This document shows positions 21,329-33,392 of a stretch of 64,000 nt of DNA, piece after piece. The number at the start of each line of letters is the position of its first letter. The first letter of the stretch is position 1. Both the position numbers and the translations under genes were made by a program. Where the stretch lies: contig OZ287074.1 of the NCBI GenBank assembly GCA_965645245.1, positions 496,001 to 560,000 of the forward strand, in the 5' to 3' direction. The notes under the pieces were generated by a model. It was not told the DNA's origin and did no database searches. It was given only the letters and a program-made list of their open reading frames with translations. This DNA is from Massalongia carnosa. Lineage: Eukaryota.

Positions 21329-23806
21329 ATGCAAACTCTCTGGGCCCGGGCGGCACAAACAAGGTGTACCTGCAAGTATTCATCTTATCTATCAAACACA
21401 ACAACTTTGGCAAGACGAACGACCACCGCTGCGTCCAAAAACCGACTACGACCTAAGAACATTTCTACAGTTTTCTATTCAACAGTGTTTGCCGTTGCTG
21501 CTGTTGTGGACTCAAAAAGAAAAGATGCGCGTAGGAAAGAATGGGACATAGTCATCGGAGAGGCAAGGGAAGATCTGAAATTTTTGGAGGATGAACAGCA
21601 AAGGCGGTTAGAAGCTCTGTCTGGTACTCCTGATGATTTACGAAAACTGGCAAGAGAAGGGATGTGCACCTGGGAGGATGTGTTTGAATGGTCCAATAAA
21701 GAGATTCGAGCAAGAAATGCCCTGGGTTTCCAAGATTGGAAGGGCATTCCATTGGGTGTTCTGAAGACCCTCTCTACATCAGAAATCGAAGACACGCTAA
21801 ACAATGACGGGATCTTTCACCGAAGAATTGATGACCATAAAGGCAGTGGATCACAAGAGTATGTGCTTCCAACGAAGAAGCTTAAAACATTGGAGTGGTC
21901 AATCGCGAAGTTAGCATATCGACTTCTTCAACAAAACTCAAGAAATCAAACAGCGCGGGATAATCAAACAGCAATGTGCAAGGAATTACCACATACTAGT
22001 ACAGCAGGATGGCTAGATCTATCTCAGGAGAGTAACGAAGCTCATCGACGACTGATAGAGTTGCGACAGCGATACTCATTCTCAGATGAATTCGATGGAT
22101 TTTCTTCTCCAAACCTCCCAAAGTATAGCACGAATCGCTCCATTAGTCCTCAAAAAGTTGCAGTGCTCAATTCATCTATAAAAGATACGTTTTTCAATTG
22201 TTCTTGCAACGGTGATACGGCGGATGCTTTAATAGCAAAAATCTGCTATCAGTTACTGATTTCTGATGTGCCACCAGATATCTATACATATACTCTCTTA
22301 ATTACTAAGTTTACTTTTCTTGAGCATTATGACCTAGTTAAAAGCGTTCTGGTTTCAATGAAGGAATGCCATATACGGCCAAACGAGGAATCGCTTATTG
22401 CATGCCTAGACTATTATACAGCTGCCAAGGATGTTCATGGCTTCAAGAAGCTGGTGGGCCAGATGAAAGGATTCAATGGAGGTCTTTCTGTGGCTCCTCC
22501 GGACGCTAAAATCACACGTGCCACCGTTGGGCTCTACCGTTTCTACTCCGGTCTCAAGAAGGATTCTCCACGTTACGTTCCAAGTAATAAGGACCCTCGC
22601 AGAATTAAAAGATCGCTTAACATGGAGCATTGTGTTCACAGCGTTAAGATCATTCGCAAGGCGCCAATGAACCAAGCTATATATGGAGCACTTATTCATG
22701 GCGCGCTGAAGCTTTTTGGTTCCAAACAGGCCATGGTAAACTACATTAGTATGATTAGCGAAGGTATCGAGCCTAGTCTCGAAATCTTAACGTCCATCCT
22801 CCAGTCCTGCTGTCATGCCAAAGATTGGGTCTCCGGCCGACTCGTTTGGACTTATATCCAAAACCTTACTCGAGGAGCCGACCATTTGGCGTATCATTGG
22901 ATGCTGCGTCTTTGTCAGAAGTGTCGTGAAAAGGGCACCTTCTGGAAAGTAGTTCAAGAAGGGGTCCGACGTGGCGTTATTCTTCCTACAGCGAATGAAT
23001 TTCGCAAACTAATAGCCAATTTAGAAGCGGATGCTCTCATTAGCTACGCTAGAGAGCGATTTGAGCTTTATCAAGGGCCGAGGTGCGGAAGCTCACTTAC
23101 AGAAACAAGAGAATGGATTGAAAAAATGCTGGTGGTAAGAGCGGAGAAAATGGCGTCGACCGCAAGGCTTTTCGGTTATTGGGAACTTGGGCAGCGTTGT
23201 TCTCCTACCATTGGGCACTGGATCTCGATTAAAATTGAAGCCCTCCATATAAGTGATTATTCCACACCTGTTAAGCCTCTCCCTAGCAGGATAGTCCCTT
23301 CTCTTCACGCCTGGCTTCAGTGGATCGCGCATGAGATTGCAAAAACGGCAGAACTTGTCGGTAACATGGATTTTTCTTTCCGCGTGGCATCTTCTGTTAG
23401 ACACACGCTCCCCCTAAGAACACAGGCAGATTCAGAGGTGGATTTTACAGCTTCTCCGACAACAGCCAATACGCCGCCCTTGTTGACTAAGGTTAGCAAG
23501 GAAGAGTTAGAGCTAGGAGTTGAGTGCCAGGAACAGAAGCGGAAAGAAGACGGAACAAGTCTTGAGAGTAACGCACTAGAAGCGCAACGCATAGAGAGCC
23601 AACCACCGTTGGTTGTACTGAAAAATGTCTCTTTGATGCAATCCTTGGTACATGAGAATGATAGAGCACCGCCCATGCCTTCCAAACCCCGACCTGAAGC
23701 TGCAACGAGGACATTCATCACACCAGTATTTCATTGGAATGCCAACGACCGACCTGAAAATCGGAACGCGCAACAGTCTTTTTCTGGTGCGTACCCAGGA
23801 AGGTAG
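21329..23806 (+). CDS. Probable mitochondrial pentatricopeptide-repeat protein, 825 aa
   Basis: Presequence-like N-terminus and PPR-like units (PDIYTYTLLI, RPNEESLIACL, IYGALIHG, EPSLEILTSIL). Confidence 0.7.
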   Translation: MQTLWARAAQTRCTCKYSSYLSNTTTLARRTTTAASKNRLRPKNISTVFYSTVFAVAAVVDSKRKDARRKEWDIVIGEAREDLKFLEDEQQRRLEALSGTPDDLRKLAREGMCTWEDVFEWSNKEIRARNALGFQDWKGIPLGVLKTLSTSEIEDTLNNDGIFHRRIDDHKGSGSQEYVLPTKKLKTLEWSIAKLAYRLLQQNSRNQTARDNQTAMCKELPHTSTAGWLDLSQESNEAHRRLIELRQRYSFSDEFDGFSSPNLPKYSTNRSISPQKVAVLNSSIKDTFFNCSCNGDTADALIAKICYQLLISDVPPDIYTYTLLITKFTFLEHYDLVKSVLVSMKECHIRPNEESLIACLDYYTAAKDVHGFKKLVGQMKGFNGGLSVAPPDAKITRATVGLYRFYSGLKKDSPRYVPSNKDPRRIKRSLNMEHCVHSVKIIRKAPMNQAIYGALIHGALKLFGSKQAMVNYISMISEGIEPSLEILTSILQSCCHAKDWVSGRLVWTYIQNLTRGADHLAYHWMLRLCQKCREKGTFWKVVQEGVRRGVILPTANEFRKLIANLEADALISYARERFELYQGPRCGSSLTETREWIEKMLVVRAEKMASTARLFGYWELGQRCSPTIGHWISIKIEALHISDYSTPVKPLPSRIVPSLHAWLQWIAHEIAKTAELVGNMDFSFRVASSVRHTLPLRTQADSEVDFTASPTTANTPPLLTKVSKEELELGVECQEQKRKEDGTSLESNALEAQRIESQPPLVVLKNVSLMQSLVHENDRAPPMPSKPRPEAATRTFITPVFHWNANDRPENRNAQQSFSGAYPGR

Positions 23807-24885
23807 TATCAGCATACCACTACGTACTCCAAAGACTCTCAAACTCGTTTGATAAGCCGTCCTTGGACCAAGAAAACGGTCATCAAAAGTCAACCGCTCT
23901 CAGTGCGGCTGTTCTTTGATGTTGGACGTCTTAAGCTGCTAAAACACCCTAGATAGGCAGAAGTCAGGTCTCAACACGCAGCCGTGAAGAATCACACACT
24001 CAATTGGCCACAGTAACATGCATTATTTATCCCGTGCTTGGTCATTTAGTATTCATTCAAAGAGGAGAAGGACTCTTGAAGTCTGTGGCAAAATATTTGA
24101 TCATGCTATGACCTTTTCCGAGAAGCGGAAGGCATTATACCTTGCCCACCGATCAGAGGCAGCTCCATAGAGCATACTAATTTTGATACCATAAGCGATC
24201 TAATCAGTCGATGCGGCAACAAGGTCATTCTTTCATCTATCTTATTGAAGCCTATTTTCAAATCGTTCGAACAGCTAGTTCTTACGCCACTTATCGGTCG
24301 AAAATTTCTGAGGAAGTATTAAATCCTGATTTTAGCCGGGGAAGGATCAAGCATCAGGCCAAACTAATTTCCCCTCGTACATTCTACGACCTTAGATCCT
24401 ACATCATTTCCAAATTCCCGAGTACGCTGATGAACTCTTCCAACGTGACAGCCCTTGAACTATCAAAAGTACAGGGAGAGGGGAATCCATCCTCTCTATA
24501 AACTTTATGCCAACAAATCGCTCTTCCGAAAGGCAATTCTGCCGTCCACTTTGATTGAAGTTACTGAGCACTGGATCGCATGTCCTTTCCCAAGTCTTAT
24601 TGCCCTCCTACCTGACGGCATTCTCGCCAGCCCTTTCTCAATCGGTGGTCGTGCTCCGTCTCTTGTATTTCTTTCTTGCACGAGCTGGACCTTCCCAGTT
24701 TTTGTCTAGCGTCGGCAATGGGTCAAGAGTGTAGAGTTTCAGTGGAAAAGAAGTCTGATACTTGTTGTCCACGTGATGTTGGCCCAGTCAGAGGCAGATT
24801 CACAAGGGAAACAGACCTATAAGACGGTCTCTCAATTAGGATCCTCCTACCAATAATTGCGAGGAAATAACAGAGAAAAACCTCA

Positions 24886-25467
24886 TCACGTACAATGGCC
24901 ATGCCACTTATGAGGGCAAATTCCTTCATGTTTATAAGCCATTGTCTGGCTTAAATGCTCAGTTACATTTGCTAGTCCGATCTCGTTCCGGCAAATGTCC
25001 CGGCACACCTCAACCGCCTTGTGCGCCAAGTGCTCGGAGTCTGCCATTGGTGTCATTTTCCGTGTTTTGCCGCGATACGAATACCGCGCGCTCTCTTGAG
25101 CAGGGTGGCGCCAATAACATAGCTTCGCTCCGTCCTCGTACGTATGGCAATGTCTGTTCAGACGCGGCTGTCGCAGGTTTGTCAACTTGCTCTCCCAAAC
25201 GGACCCAACAACTACGTGGTGCGACTTGATCTTCACCAACGGGTAAGTCTTGTTAAGGTGCCGGTTCCAGTAGCTCATCCCGAACCAGCTGCCGGACCTG
25301 TACTGCATGGGCGCGAGGCCAGCCGGATCGATCATCTCGTGGCAATAGCATTTGGTCGTGTTAAAGTGATCATGATGGCGTTCTTGCTCCTTGATTAAGT
25401 TGACACCGGCCACGCCGAGCGGTAAGAAAATTCCTAGGAATAGGAGGAAAACGGTTGGGGGTTTCAT
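24886..25467 (-). CDS. Small secreted cysteine-rich protein, 193 aa
   Basis: Signal-peptide-like start MKPPTVFLLFLGIFLPLGVAG, 8 Cys, single exon. Confidence 0.65.
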   Translation of the reverse strand: MKPPTVFLLFLGIFLPLGVAGVNLIKEQERHHDHFNTTKCYCHEMIDPAGLAPMQYRSGSWFGMSYWNRHLNKTYPLVKIKSHHVVVGSVWESKLTNLRQPRLNRHCHTYEDGAKLCYWRHPAQESARYSYRGKTRKMTPMADSEHLAHKAVEVCRDICRNEIGLANVTEHLSQTMAYKHEGICPHKWHGHCT

Positions 25468-27437
25468 AGCTGAAGGCGTAAGGTCACATTGATTGAAGTG
25501 TTGCTGGTGTGTATAGAGCCGATTACACTTTAATTAAAATAAGAATATTTAGTTTGTATGCAAGGAATCTTCCAAACCAAGTCTTGCTCTGAATTCCTCT
25601 TGTACAGCAGAGGGGGGAATTGCCTGCCTACTTATACTCCTCACTGGGGAAGAGCAAAGCAGCATCCAGCGGCTACTTATCTGCATCGGTACCGAAGACC
25701 AGGATTTCGGAATCCCAACAGTGAAGATTGAAAAGCCATCAAGATAATAATACTTACCCGCCAAAAAATGAAGAAGGGTCAACTCCCTTCCAAGAAGATC
25801 CGTCGAGCTGGTTTCCTTCTTCCATGACTGATAACTCGGTCAGAATCCCCCCCAGAGGCTTGGCTCCTTAAGAAAAAGGAGCATTGATGAACCAAACCCC
25901 CCCCCCCTTTCGGAAGTTGCAGCTTCTTCCTTTCCCCCCCTTCCCTCCCAATCCTGTGCAGTCCCCCCCCGTCCATCTCGATTGCGTGCGTCCCAACTAC
26001 CGAAGTAGCTAGGAAAGGGGGGCGATCGAATAGCACCTCCGATGCGCAGTAGAAGGTGAGGTTTTGCGAAGCGGACTTTTCTTACTTGGGTTATTTCTTA
26101 CTTTCTGGGGGTGGGGGGAGCTTTGAGTGCTTCTTTTTGGTTCCGATTGTTGATGATGGGGGAGGTGGGGAATATGAAGGTATGTCGCTCTTTGCGCAGT
26201 ATGGTTGAGGTTATGGGTTTTTTTTTAGTTCTACGTAGTGGAATAGACAGACATGCCGACATGCCTTCTTTTGTCCATTCCAAGAGACTTTGGAATCGGA
26301 TCTTTCCCTTGGGATTCAAGCATCATCATCACTATCATCGACCTTTCTCCCCCAAAGATTTCCCAATTCCTGCTAATTTTTTTTTTCTTTCTTGGTGGTA
26401 TATTTTAGACTTTTCCGTCAAACCGTGGTGGGGGTGGTGGTAGTGGGAACAAACCCCCGGGGAAGCAAGCAAAGTCAGGCGTTCTATGGGAATTTCTGTT
26501 TTTTGGGGGGGGAGACATCACGCTTTTATGAGGTTATGAGGTGCGTTTCTTCCGGGGAGTTTTCTATAGAATGACAGCATCAGCTGTGACTCAACTCCTT
26601 CGTTGCTGACTCTAGAGCGACAGACACAGACATACCCACAGAGGCAACCATCCTTATGATTACTCCGTACTCACGCGCAAGACTTGCTTAAAGGAAGGAC
26701 GGGGTTGGCGATATCTCTAGCTTTATGCCAAGCTTCTGGTCCTTTTTCAAAAATTAAATAAATAATAAGAAGTTTTCGCAAGCCTTGTAGTAGATAGAAA
26801 ACACACACACATTATCCATCTACACCAATAGTTTTCCCTGTACTGGAGATTATGTCCTGGGAAGAAGGTTGGTGAGTCCTCTTGGCTCATAGTGTCAAGG
26901 GGCTCTACTCTAGTGCTCACTCAACGGGGGAGAATATATACAGCAAAATAACGGGAAAGGGGGGAGAGGACTGACCGGTTTAGTTATGGAGGTAGGATAA
27001 CTTAGTTAAGCCATTACGTATGTACACACGACCGATGCCGCGGAAAGTACAGTAAACTGTATTGTATCAAGACGGATTCATTCGGGTTTGAAAAGGAGGT
27101 TCGGAGTTACTGACGGGGTTGTTCGCTTCAACGGATGAGGTTGTTTGTTCTGTTTGTTTTTTTTGTTTTTTTTTTTTGCATAGGTGGTAATCGATAGAGT
27201 TGCATTGAATGTATTTCTTTTTTGGAAACCCCCCACATTACTTGGACGTAACTTTCGAATCACACATTTCTTAACGTTAGTTAATGTCTCGAAGGCAAAA
27301 AGTGGTCTAGTGGATCAAGCTTCGCATGTTCGGATACGATCTGATATCAAGGGTCCTCTGATTTGATAGTAAAGAGTTGATCTCTTTCAACTAACTCTAT
27401 CTTCGACAGCTAGAGTTTCGCCCAAGAAAAGAAAAAG

Positions 27438-28276
27438 ATGAATTCAGAAATCCCCCCCTTTGCAAGTCTCACACTCGACCGACATGAAAGCGTCTTTGTT
27501 ATCACCCTACAAAGCCCCCCCGAGAACCGCTTGACCTCCTCCCTATGTCAAGAAATCATCCGCGCCTTTGGTGCGATCCAGCGCATCCTTGGCCCCGGTG
27601 CTGAAGGGGCTGTCGTCACCCAAGGCAATGATGCGAAGTTCTGGTGTACGGGGGTGGCGCATGAGGAAAGCGATGAGAACCCATTCGCATACACGGATGG
27701 ATTTTACCCGATGCTGCACACGATCTTGGTATAAAGTTCTCCCAAACCTCAGCCTTGACTCTCGCTTCCCCAGCGAAGAGGTTTGTTTTTCCCCCAACAC
27801 GTTTGCCGATACATGAATGCCCCAAACAGGATTTCCCATACCCCACCGTCGCGCTTCTCACCGGCCACACCTTTGGCGGCGGATGCATCTTCGCCCTCGC
27901 GCACGACTATCGGGTCATGAACGTCGCCCGCGGCTTCTTCTCCATGCCCCCCGCAGACCTAGGCCTGCGCCTGGAGTCCGTCGGCGCCCTCCCGCGACTT
28001 AAGCTTCACCCTCGCGTCGCGCGCCGCATGCTGCTGGAAGCGCATCGATGGACAGGCGCCACTGCGCTAAATGACGGCATCGTCGACGCAGTCGCCCCCC
28101 CGGGAGACATTTTTGGGGTGGCGATGGCGATGGCGCGACGGTGGGCGCCCAAGGCGAAAATGGGGGTGTATGCTGTCTTGCGGGCGGAGCTGTATGGGGA
28201 TGCGGCGCGGATGTATCAGCGAGTTAGCCATGTGCATGGGAGGATCGCAGCTCGGCTGCCGAAGGCGAAGCTCTAG
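27438..28276 (+). CDS. Enoyl-CoA hydratase/isomerase (crotonase) family protein, PTS1 -AKL
   Basis: PPENRL, KFWCTG and PTVALLTGHTFGGG...LAHDYRVM. Intron at ~27729-27829. Confidence 0.88.
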
Positions 28277-29282
28277 CAGACGGTGTGTCCGAGAGGGAGA
28301 TGTTGTTCTAGCTTGACAGCGAGGCCTATTCCTAGTGTAGTGTGGCTACACGAAAATCGACATGAATTCATGATCTCATCACTTCGTGCCCGCTAGTTTC
28401 TAGGAAAGTTCGCAACTAACAACTCTCTTCACGTGACACTTCTCACATGTGATGATGTGACTGTTTTTTGTTGGAACTGTGACTGCAACAGGCGGAATGG
28501 TAGCACTGGGCAATTGATATGACTAGTTCGACAAACGAGTTCTTGCACATGCAAAACAAACTGGGAGAAACGATTGACTTTCTACCACTACGTAGGGTAA
28601 AACGGCTCCTATTTATGCCCGTCCACCAGCGATTCCAGAAGCTTCCATTTCCATCTCATCGGTTCCCTCTTCCGATGCGATTTCTGACTTCATACAAATT
28701 TGCCACCGCCACAAGCCTTTCCTTGCCGAGGTAGATGCAAATTGCTTTGTCAGCTGGTTTCGGTACTCCGTACTTGGCATCGGTTGCCGTTTTAACATTT
28801 TTTTTGCAAGAGCCAAGCCCCCGATCTAGTCATCCACATTTCGACCATTGCGTACGAGAATGTTTATTTCCTCCGACACCCCAAAATTCCTACGCCCCTC
28901 GCTATTCCGAGCGTGTATCAGCGGGGTTATTGGATGTGCTAGACGTGTCGATTTGCACGAAGGATCGGAGCGCGGAAGCGGATGCAGAACTTTCGAGAGT
29001 TCGCAGCTTCAGCTGCAGCTGTATTTCACTTTAAGGGGTTCGAAAATGCCCCTGAGTATTAGCGACATTCCTATGGAAATGTAGCTACTCCCTCAAAATT
29101 TGTGGGATACATGCGACAGACTACGGAACGAGGTTAGGCTGGCCGGGTTGCTGTCAAGTGAAGAGTTGGAGATCAGGGAATTAGCGTAGTTATTAATAAG
29201 GGGATCGAGAATCCTCCCCCAAAAAGTCCTTAACGTTTTATATTGCAGGACACCCCTCATCAACGCTTGTTCTGACCTGGAT

Positions 29283-31188
29283 TTACAGTTTCATTGAAAT
29301 TCCAGAACGTTTGTTATGCCACGCCTGCACGTCGTGGATGCAGCTCCAATGAGGAGGGAAGAGCTTTGGACCGAGGACTCTCTTCAATACCTTCCCACTC
29401 GCCGTCTTCGGAAGCTCTCCATCCACCACCCTCAGTAGAGTCGGCATCTTGTATTCCGCTAATCGACGTCGTAAATCCCTACGGAGATGGTCCAATGTTA
29501 TAGTTCCATCGCCAGCCTCGACACCCGAGCTGAACTCGTTGTGGCTTTTTCGTAGGCTGATGGCAGCCGCGACCCGTTGTCCAAATTCCTCGTCCGCAAC
29601 GCCAACCACCATGGCTTCAGAAACGTAGGGAAGGTCGAGGCACTCGCGCTCGATATCTAGAGCCGAGATCTTATACCCACCGGACTTAATAATGTCGAGA
29701 GAGGCGCGGCCAACGATAAAATAGTAAGAGCCTTCGCGCCTCGCTATATCACCGGTCTTGAAATAGCCTTCGGCATCATGTGCCTTGGCCGTAGCTTCGT
29801 CGTCGAAAATGTATCTATCAAGTTAGTTGAATTGATAAGGTATATGTATGACGGAAGGTCCAATTACCGCGAGAACATGAATGGGCTTTTGACAAGCAAC
29901 TCACCCTCCTCTCCATTTGAGAGCTTTACGTCAACCCCAGGAACGACTCGGCCCACCGATCCGTCTGGCGTATTTTCAGGATTTAATGAAACTTTAAAGA
30001 CACCCCCAAACTCTGTAGCACCGTATCGGGTCAACAGGATCTTACCCCCTCTAATTGTCGTCCAAAATTGCTGCATCGATCTCGGCAACGCGCACGTCCC
30101 GCACAACATACCCCGAAATTGCCTTGCGCCAGCAATATACTGCTCCAGAATATCAACTGGGAGTTTTGCAAGATCTTGCTCGTAGAACCTCATCATGCGC
30201 ATATACATAGTTGGTACACCAGAGAAAAACGTCAGGCCGCCTTGGCGCCATCGCTCCCACAACCAGGCAGAGTCAAAGCTACCGCTGCGAAACTCGATGC
30301 AGCTGCCAGATATAAGGAAAGGGAAAAAGGTATTTCCCATTCCCGTCGAGTGGTGTACCGGAAGGACATGAAGAATGGTATCATTTCTAGTCAGTTCATA
30401 ATGATCTGCGACAGCCAGGGCGGAATCATGAATGAAGGCTCTTCGCATTGCGGCCCCTTTTGGTGGGCCAGTAGTGCCAGAAGTGAAAATGACTACACCC
30501 GTAGCATTATCATCGAGGTATTGATCGGAAGAAATCGCAACTCTTTCTGGCAATAATGGGAAAACTTGTAGAGAAGGTGCGATAGATATGCAGGACATGC
30601 TCATGTTTGCTTTTAGATTGACAAAATCCACAAGGGCTTGGCCCAAAACCGTTGCGCTAGCCGATGCCAAAAGAGCACTTTGGCGAGATTTCAATACGAA
30701 ATATGCTGCTTCTTTGAGTGGTAGTGCGGTGCCTACTCCTCAGTCATCACGACGTCCAAAAACGAAATTAAATAAAACTTACTCAAGGGAACTACTACAG
30801 CACCCATGGCGAGCACTACGAGTACTGCAACCGCGAACTCATAGCCACCAGGCGCCAGAACACCAATATAAACATCTCCTCTGTTTTCAAGTACTGTTCG
30901 GGTTGTAGAGCTTAAAGATGCTTCCACCGTTTTGCGAAGTGCAAGGACATCCGTAAGCAGCTGAATATGTGTCTTTTCAACGTCGAGGTTCACGTCTTTA
31001 ATAACCGTTCTAGCTGGCTTTCCATGGGCGTATCGTAGCAACCTGCTAAATAAAGGGGAGTTTGGCAAGGTTTCATTGTTGACATGGCGAGGAACAAAGT
31101 GAGTACGATCATGATTCGGCGACTGCGGGCCAGGGAATACAGCAGGAGAAGTTGCTGGAGCCGTTTCCCCGCTCATTCTTGTCGTCAA
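29283..31188 (-). CDS. AMP-binding acyl-CoA synthetase (ACSF3/malonyl-CoA ligase-like), 3 exons
   Basis: FTSGTTGPPKG, RYGATE, YFKTGD, IIKSGGYKISAL and PKTASGK. Introns at ~30735-30783 and ~29815-29868. Confidence 0.9.
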
Positions 31189-31518
31189 CCAAAGGATATC
31201 GATATGAAAACGACTGTAAGAGCGAAGAGCCAGGGAGAGATCGCATTCTATGTGTCCAGTATTAACTGATTTATCAACAATCTGTTCATAGGATTTAGAA
31301 TCCTCGGCTTGCGTCTTATCGCTTTGCTTCTAAGACTCTGCAGACGTGATCGTCGAGAGCCCACCAAAGTAGCTTCCATTCTACATGCCATTCCCGAAGT
31401 TGCAGGGCGGATCTGAATGAAACCTTAGCAGTTATTAGCGATGACCGTGCATACTTAATGTAGCGTAAAGAGGTAGGCAGATCTAATGCTCTCTATGAGA
31501 ATCAAATCCCATTGAGTA

Positions 31519-33392
31519 CGGAGGCGAATCTCAAAAGTAATGATAATACGCTAAAAGCTAGTGCCGTAATTTAAATTTTCCGTACCGAGCAAATTTTCCC
31601 CTTTTCTTTCCCCTTTTCTCATCCCAAATCATTTACGAACCAACATTTGATCAAATCATCATCATGGTCAATAAATCAGCTGATATTTCTTTGCGGGCTC
31701 AGGTCTTGACGTTGTCTTATTGCACCCCGGCCTCAATTGAATTTATTGCAGCTACTACAGGTTATTCTGTCCCCAACATTTATCGTATTCGTCGCATTGC
31801 CAGGGATCGAGGATTTGATCCCGCCATTTCTTTGCAGGTGCTTGATAAATACGCCCGTCATGAAGAAAAATCTGGTCGACCGAGAAAGGCTACTACTGAG
31901 AAAGAAGATGAAGTCATTGATCTAGTCATAAAAGACAGATACGCCCGTGAAAAAACCAGTGCCCAGTTGGCAAGAGAAGTTGGACTGTCCAGATGCACCG
32001 TGTGGAGAATCCTGAAACAAAGAGGCTATAAAAAAGTCAAACCGTCGTATAGACCAGGGCTTACTCCTGAAATGAAAGCGGCTAGACTGGCTTTTTGTCT
32101 CCTGTATAAAGACTGGACCGTGGAGGATTGGAAGCGGGTTATTTGGTCAGATGAAACAGCAATAGTGCTTGGTCACCGTCGCGGAGCTGTCAAAATTTGG
32201 CGTACAACCAAGGAAGGAAGAAGACCAGTCAAATCCACCGTACGTGCCAGGTGGCATGGGGCTCATGAATTCATGTTTTGGGGATGCTTTTCCTACGATT
32301 GGAAGGGGCCATGTCATTGCTGGAAACCGGAGACAAAAGCGGAAAAAGCGGAAGCCAAAACCAAACTTGACGAGATGAATGCTGCATTGGAAGCCAGTGA
32401 GAGATTAAATTGGGAGCTGACCAATGGAATGAGACGTCTTTCAACTCGCAATTTACTAGGAAAAAAGCCGCAATGGAAATGGGATGAGGAACATGGAAAG
32501 ATGATCAGAAAAGAAGGTAAAGGAGGCATTGATTGGTGGCGGTATCAAAACGTCATACTTCTGCCAAAACTGATTCCTTTTGCTCAGCAATGCAATGCAA
32601 AAAGAAGAGAAGCCGGATTGTCTGAAATGATCGTACAGGAAGATAAGGCTCCGTCTCATGCTTCCAAGCATCAGATTCCCATCTTCTCTCGTCATGGCAT
32701 CGAGCGTCTTTTATGGCCCGGAAATTCTCCTGATCTCAACATGATTGAACCCTGCTGGCCCTGGATGAAGCGACGTACAACTGCCAAAGGTCCTCCTAGT
32801 TCTCGGTTAATTGCTGAATCTATGTGGCATCGCACTTGGGACGATCTACCTCAGGAGAATATTCAGGCATGGATTGAAAGAATTCCACGTCACATTGCAA
32901 AAGTCATTGAATTGGAAGGTGGAAATGAGTATTGCGAAGGACGTTTGGGCGTTGATGGACGGACCAAAGAAGGAAAAATGCGACTTCAACAGCTGAGGGA
33001 AGAATTGCTCAGTAATACAGCAAAACCAGCTTCTTCTTCTTCTTCTTCTTCTTCTTCTTCTGTGGCGTCAACGAGACCATCATCCAGACAATCAAATGAT
33101 GATACACCCAGCCCGTTGAATGTCAGGGCACTTACCCCTGAGCCCCCTACACAGAAGCCATTGACACCCCCCTTATTGAGAAAAAGAGCCGTTTTATCTC
33201 CGAAAAATCACCTTCCCCCACGCATTCAGAAGGTTATTCGTACTGCAGCCAGTTTCAGACCAAAAAGACGTTGATTAGATGGTTGGTAATGGCATTTGTA
33301 GATAGTTGGTAGAATTTCAGGCTCGGTATGGAAAATCTAAATTACGGCGCTAGTCTTTAGCGTATTATCATTACTTTTGAGATTCGCCTCTG
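31519..33392 (+). mobile_element. Full-length Tc1/mariner DNA transposon, 1874 bp
   Basis: ~72-bp TIRs (31519-31590 and 33321-33392, a few mismatches). TA on both sides (31517-31518, 33393-33394). Confidence 0.93.
31664..33274 (+). CDS. Tc1-family transposase (DD34E), intact, 536 aa
   Basis: HTH with SGRPRK, then WSDET, QEDKAPSH and SPDLNMIE (34 residues from D to E). Poly-Ser comes from a (TCT)n tract at ~33030-33061. Confidence 0.93.
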   Translation: MVNKSADISLRAQVLTLSYCTPASIEFIAATTGYSVPNIYRIRRIARDRGFDPAISLQVLDKYARHEEKSGRPRKATTEKEDEVIDLVIKDRYAREKTSAQLAREVGLSRCTVWRILKQRGYKKVKPSYRPGLTPEMKAARLAFCLLYKDWTVEDWKRVIWSDETAIVLGHRRGAVKIWRTTKEGRRPVKSTVRARWHGAHEFMFWGCFSYDWKGPCHCWKPETKAEKAEAKTKLDEMNAALEASERLNWELTNGMRRLSTRNLLGKKPQWKWDEEHGKMIRKEGKGGIDWWRYQNVILLPKLIPFAQQCNAKRREAGLSEMIVQEDKAPSHASKHQIPIFSRHGIERLLWPGNSPDLNMIEPCWPWMKRRTTAKGPPSSRLIAESMWHRTWDDLPQENIQAWIERIPRHIAKVIELEGGNEYCEGRLGVDGRTKEGKMRLQQLREELLSNTAKPASSSSSSSSSSVASTRPSSRQSNDDTPSPLNVRALTPEPPTQKPLTPPLLRKRAVLSPKNHLPPRIQKVIRTAASFRPKRR

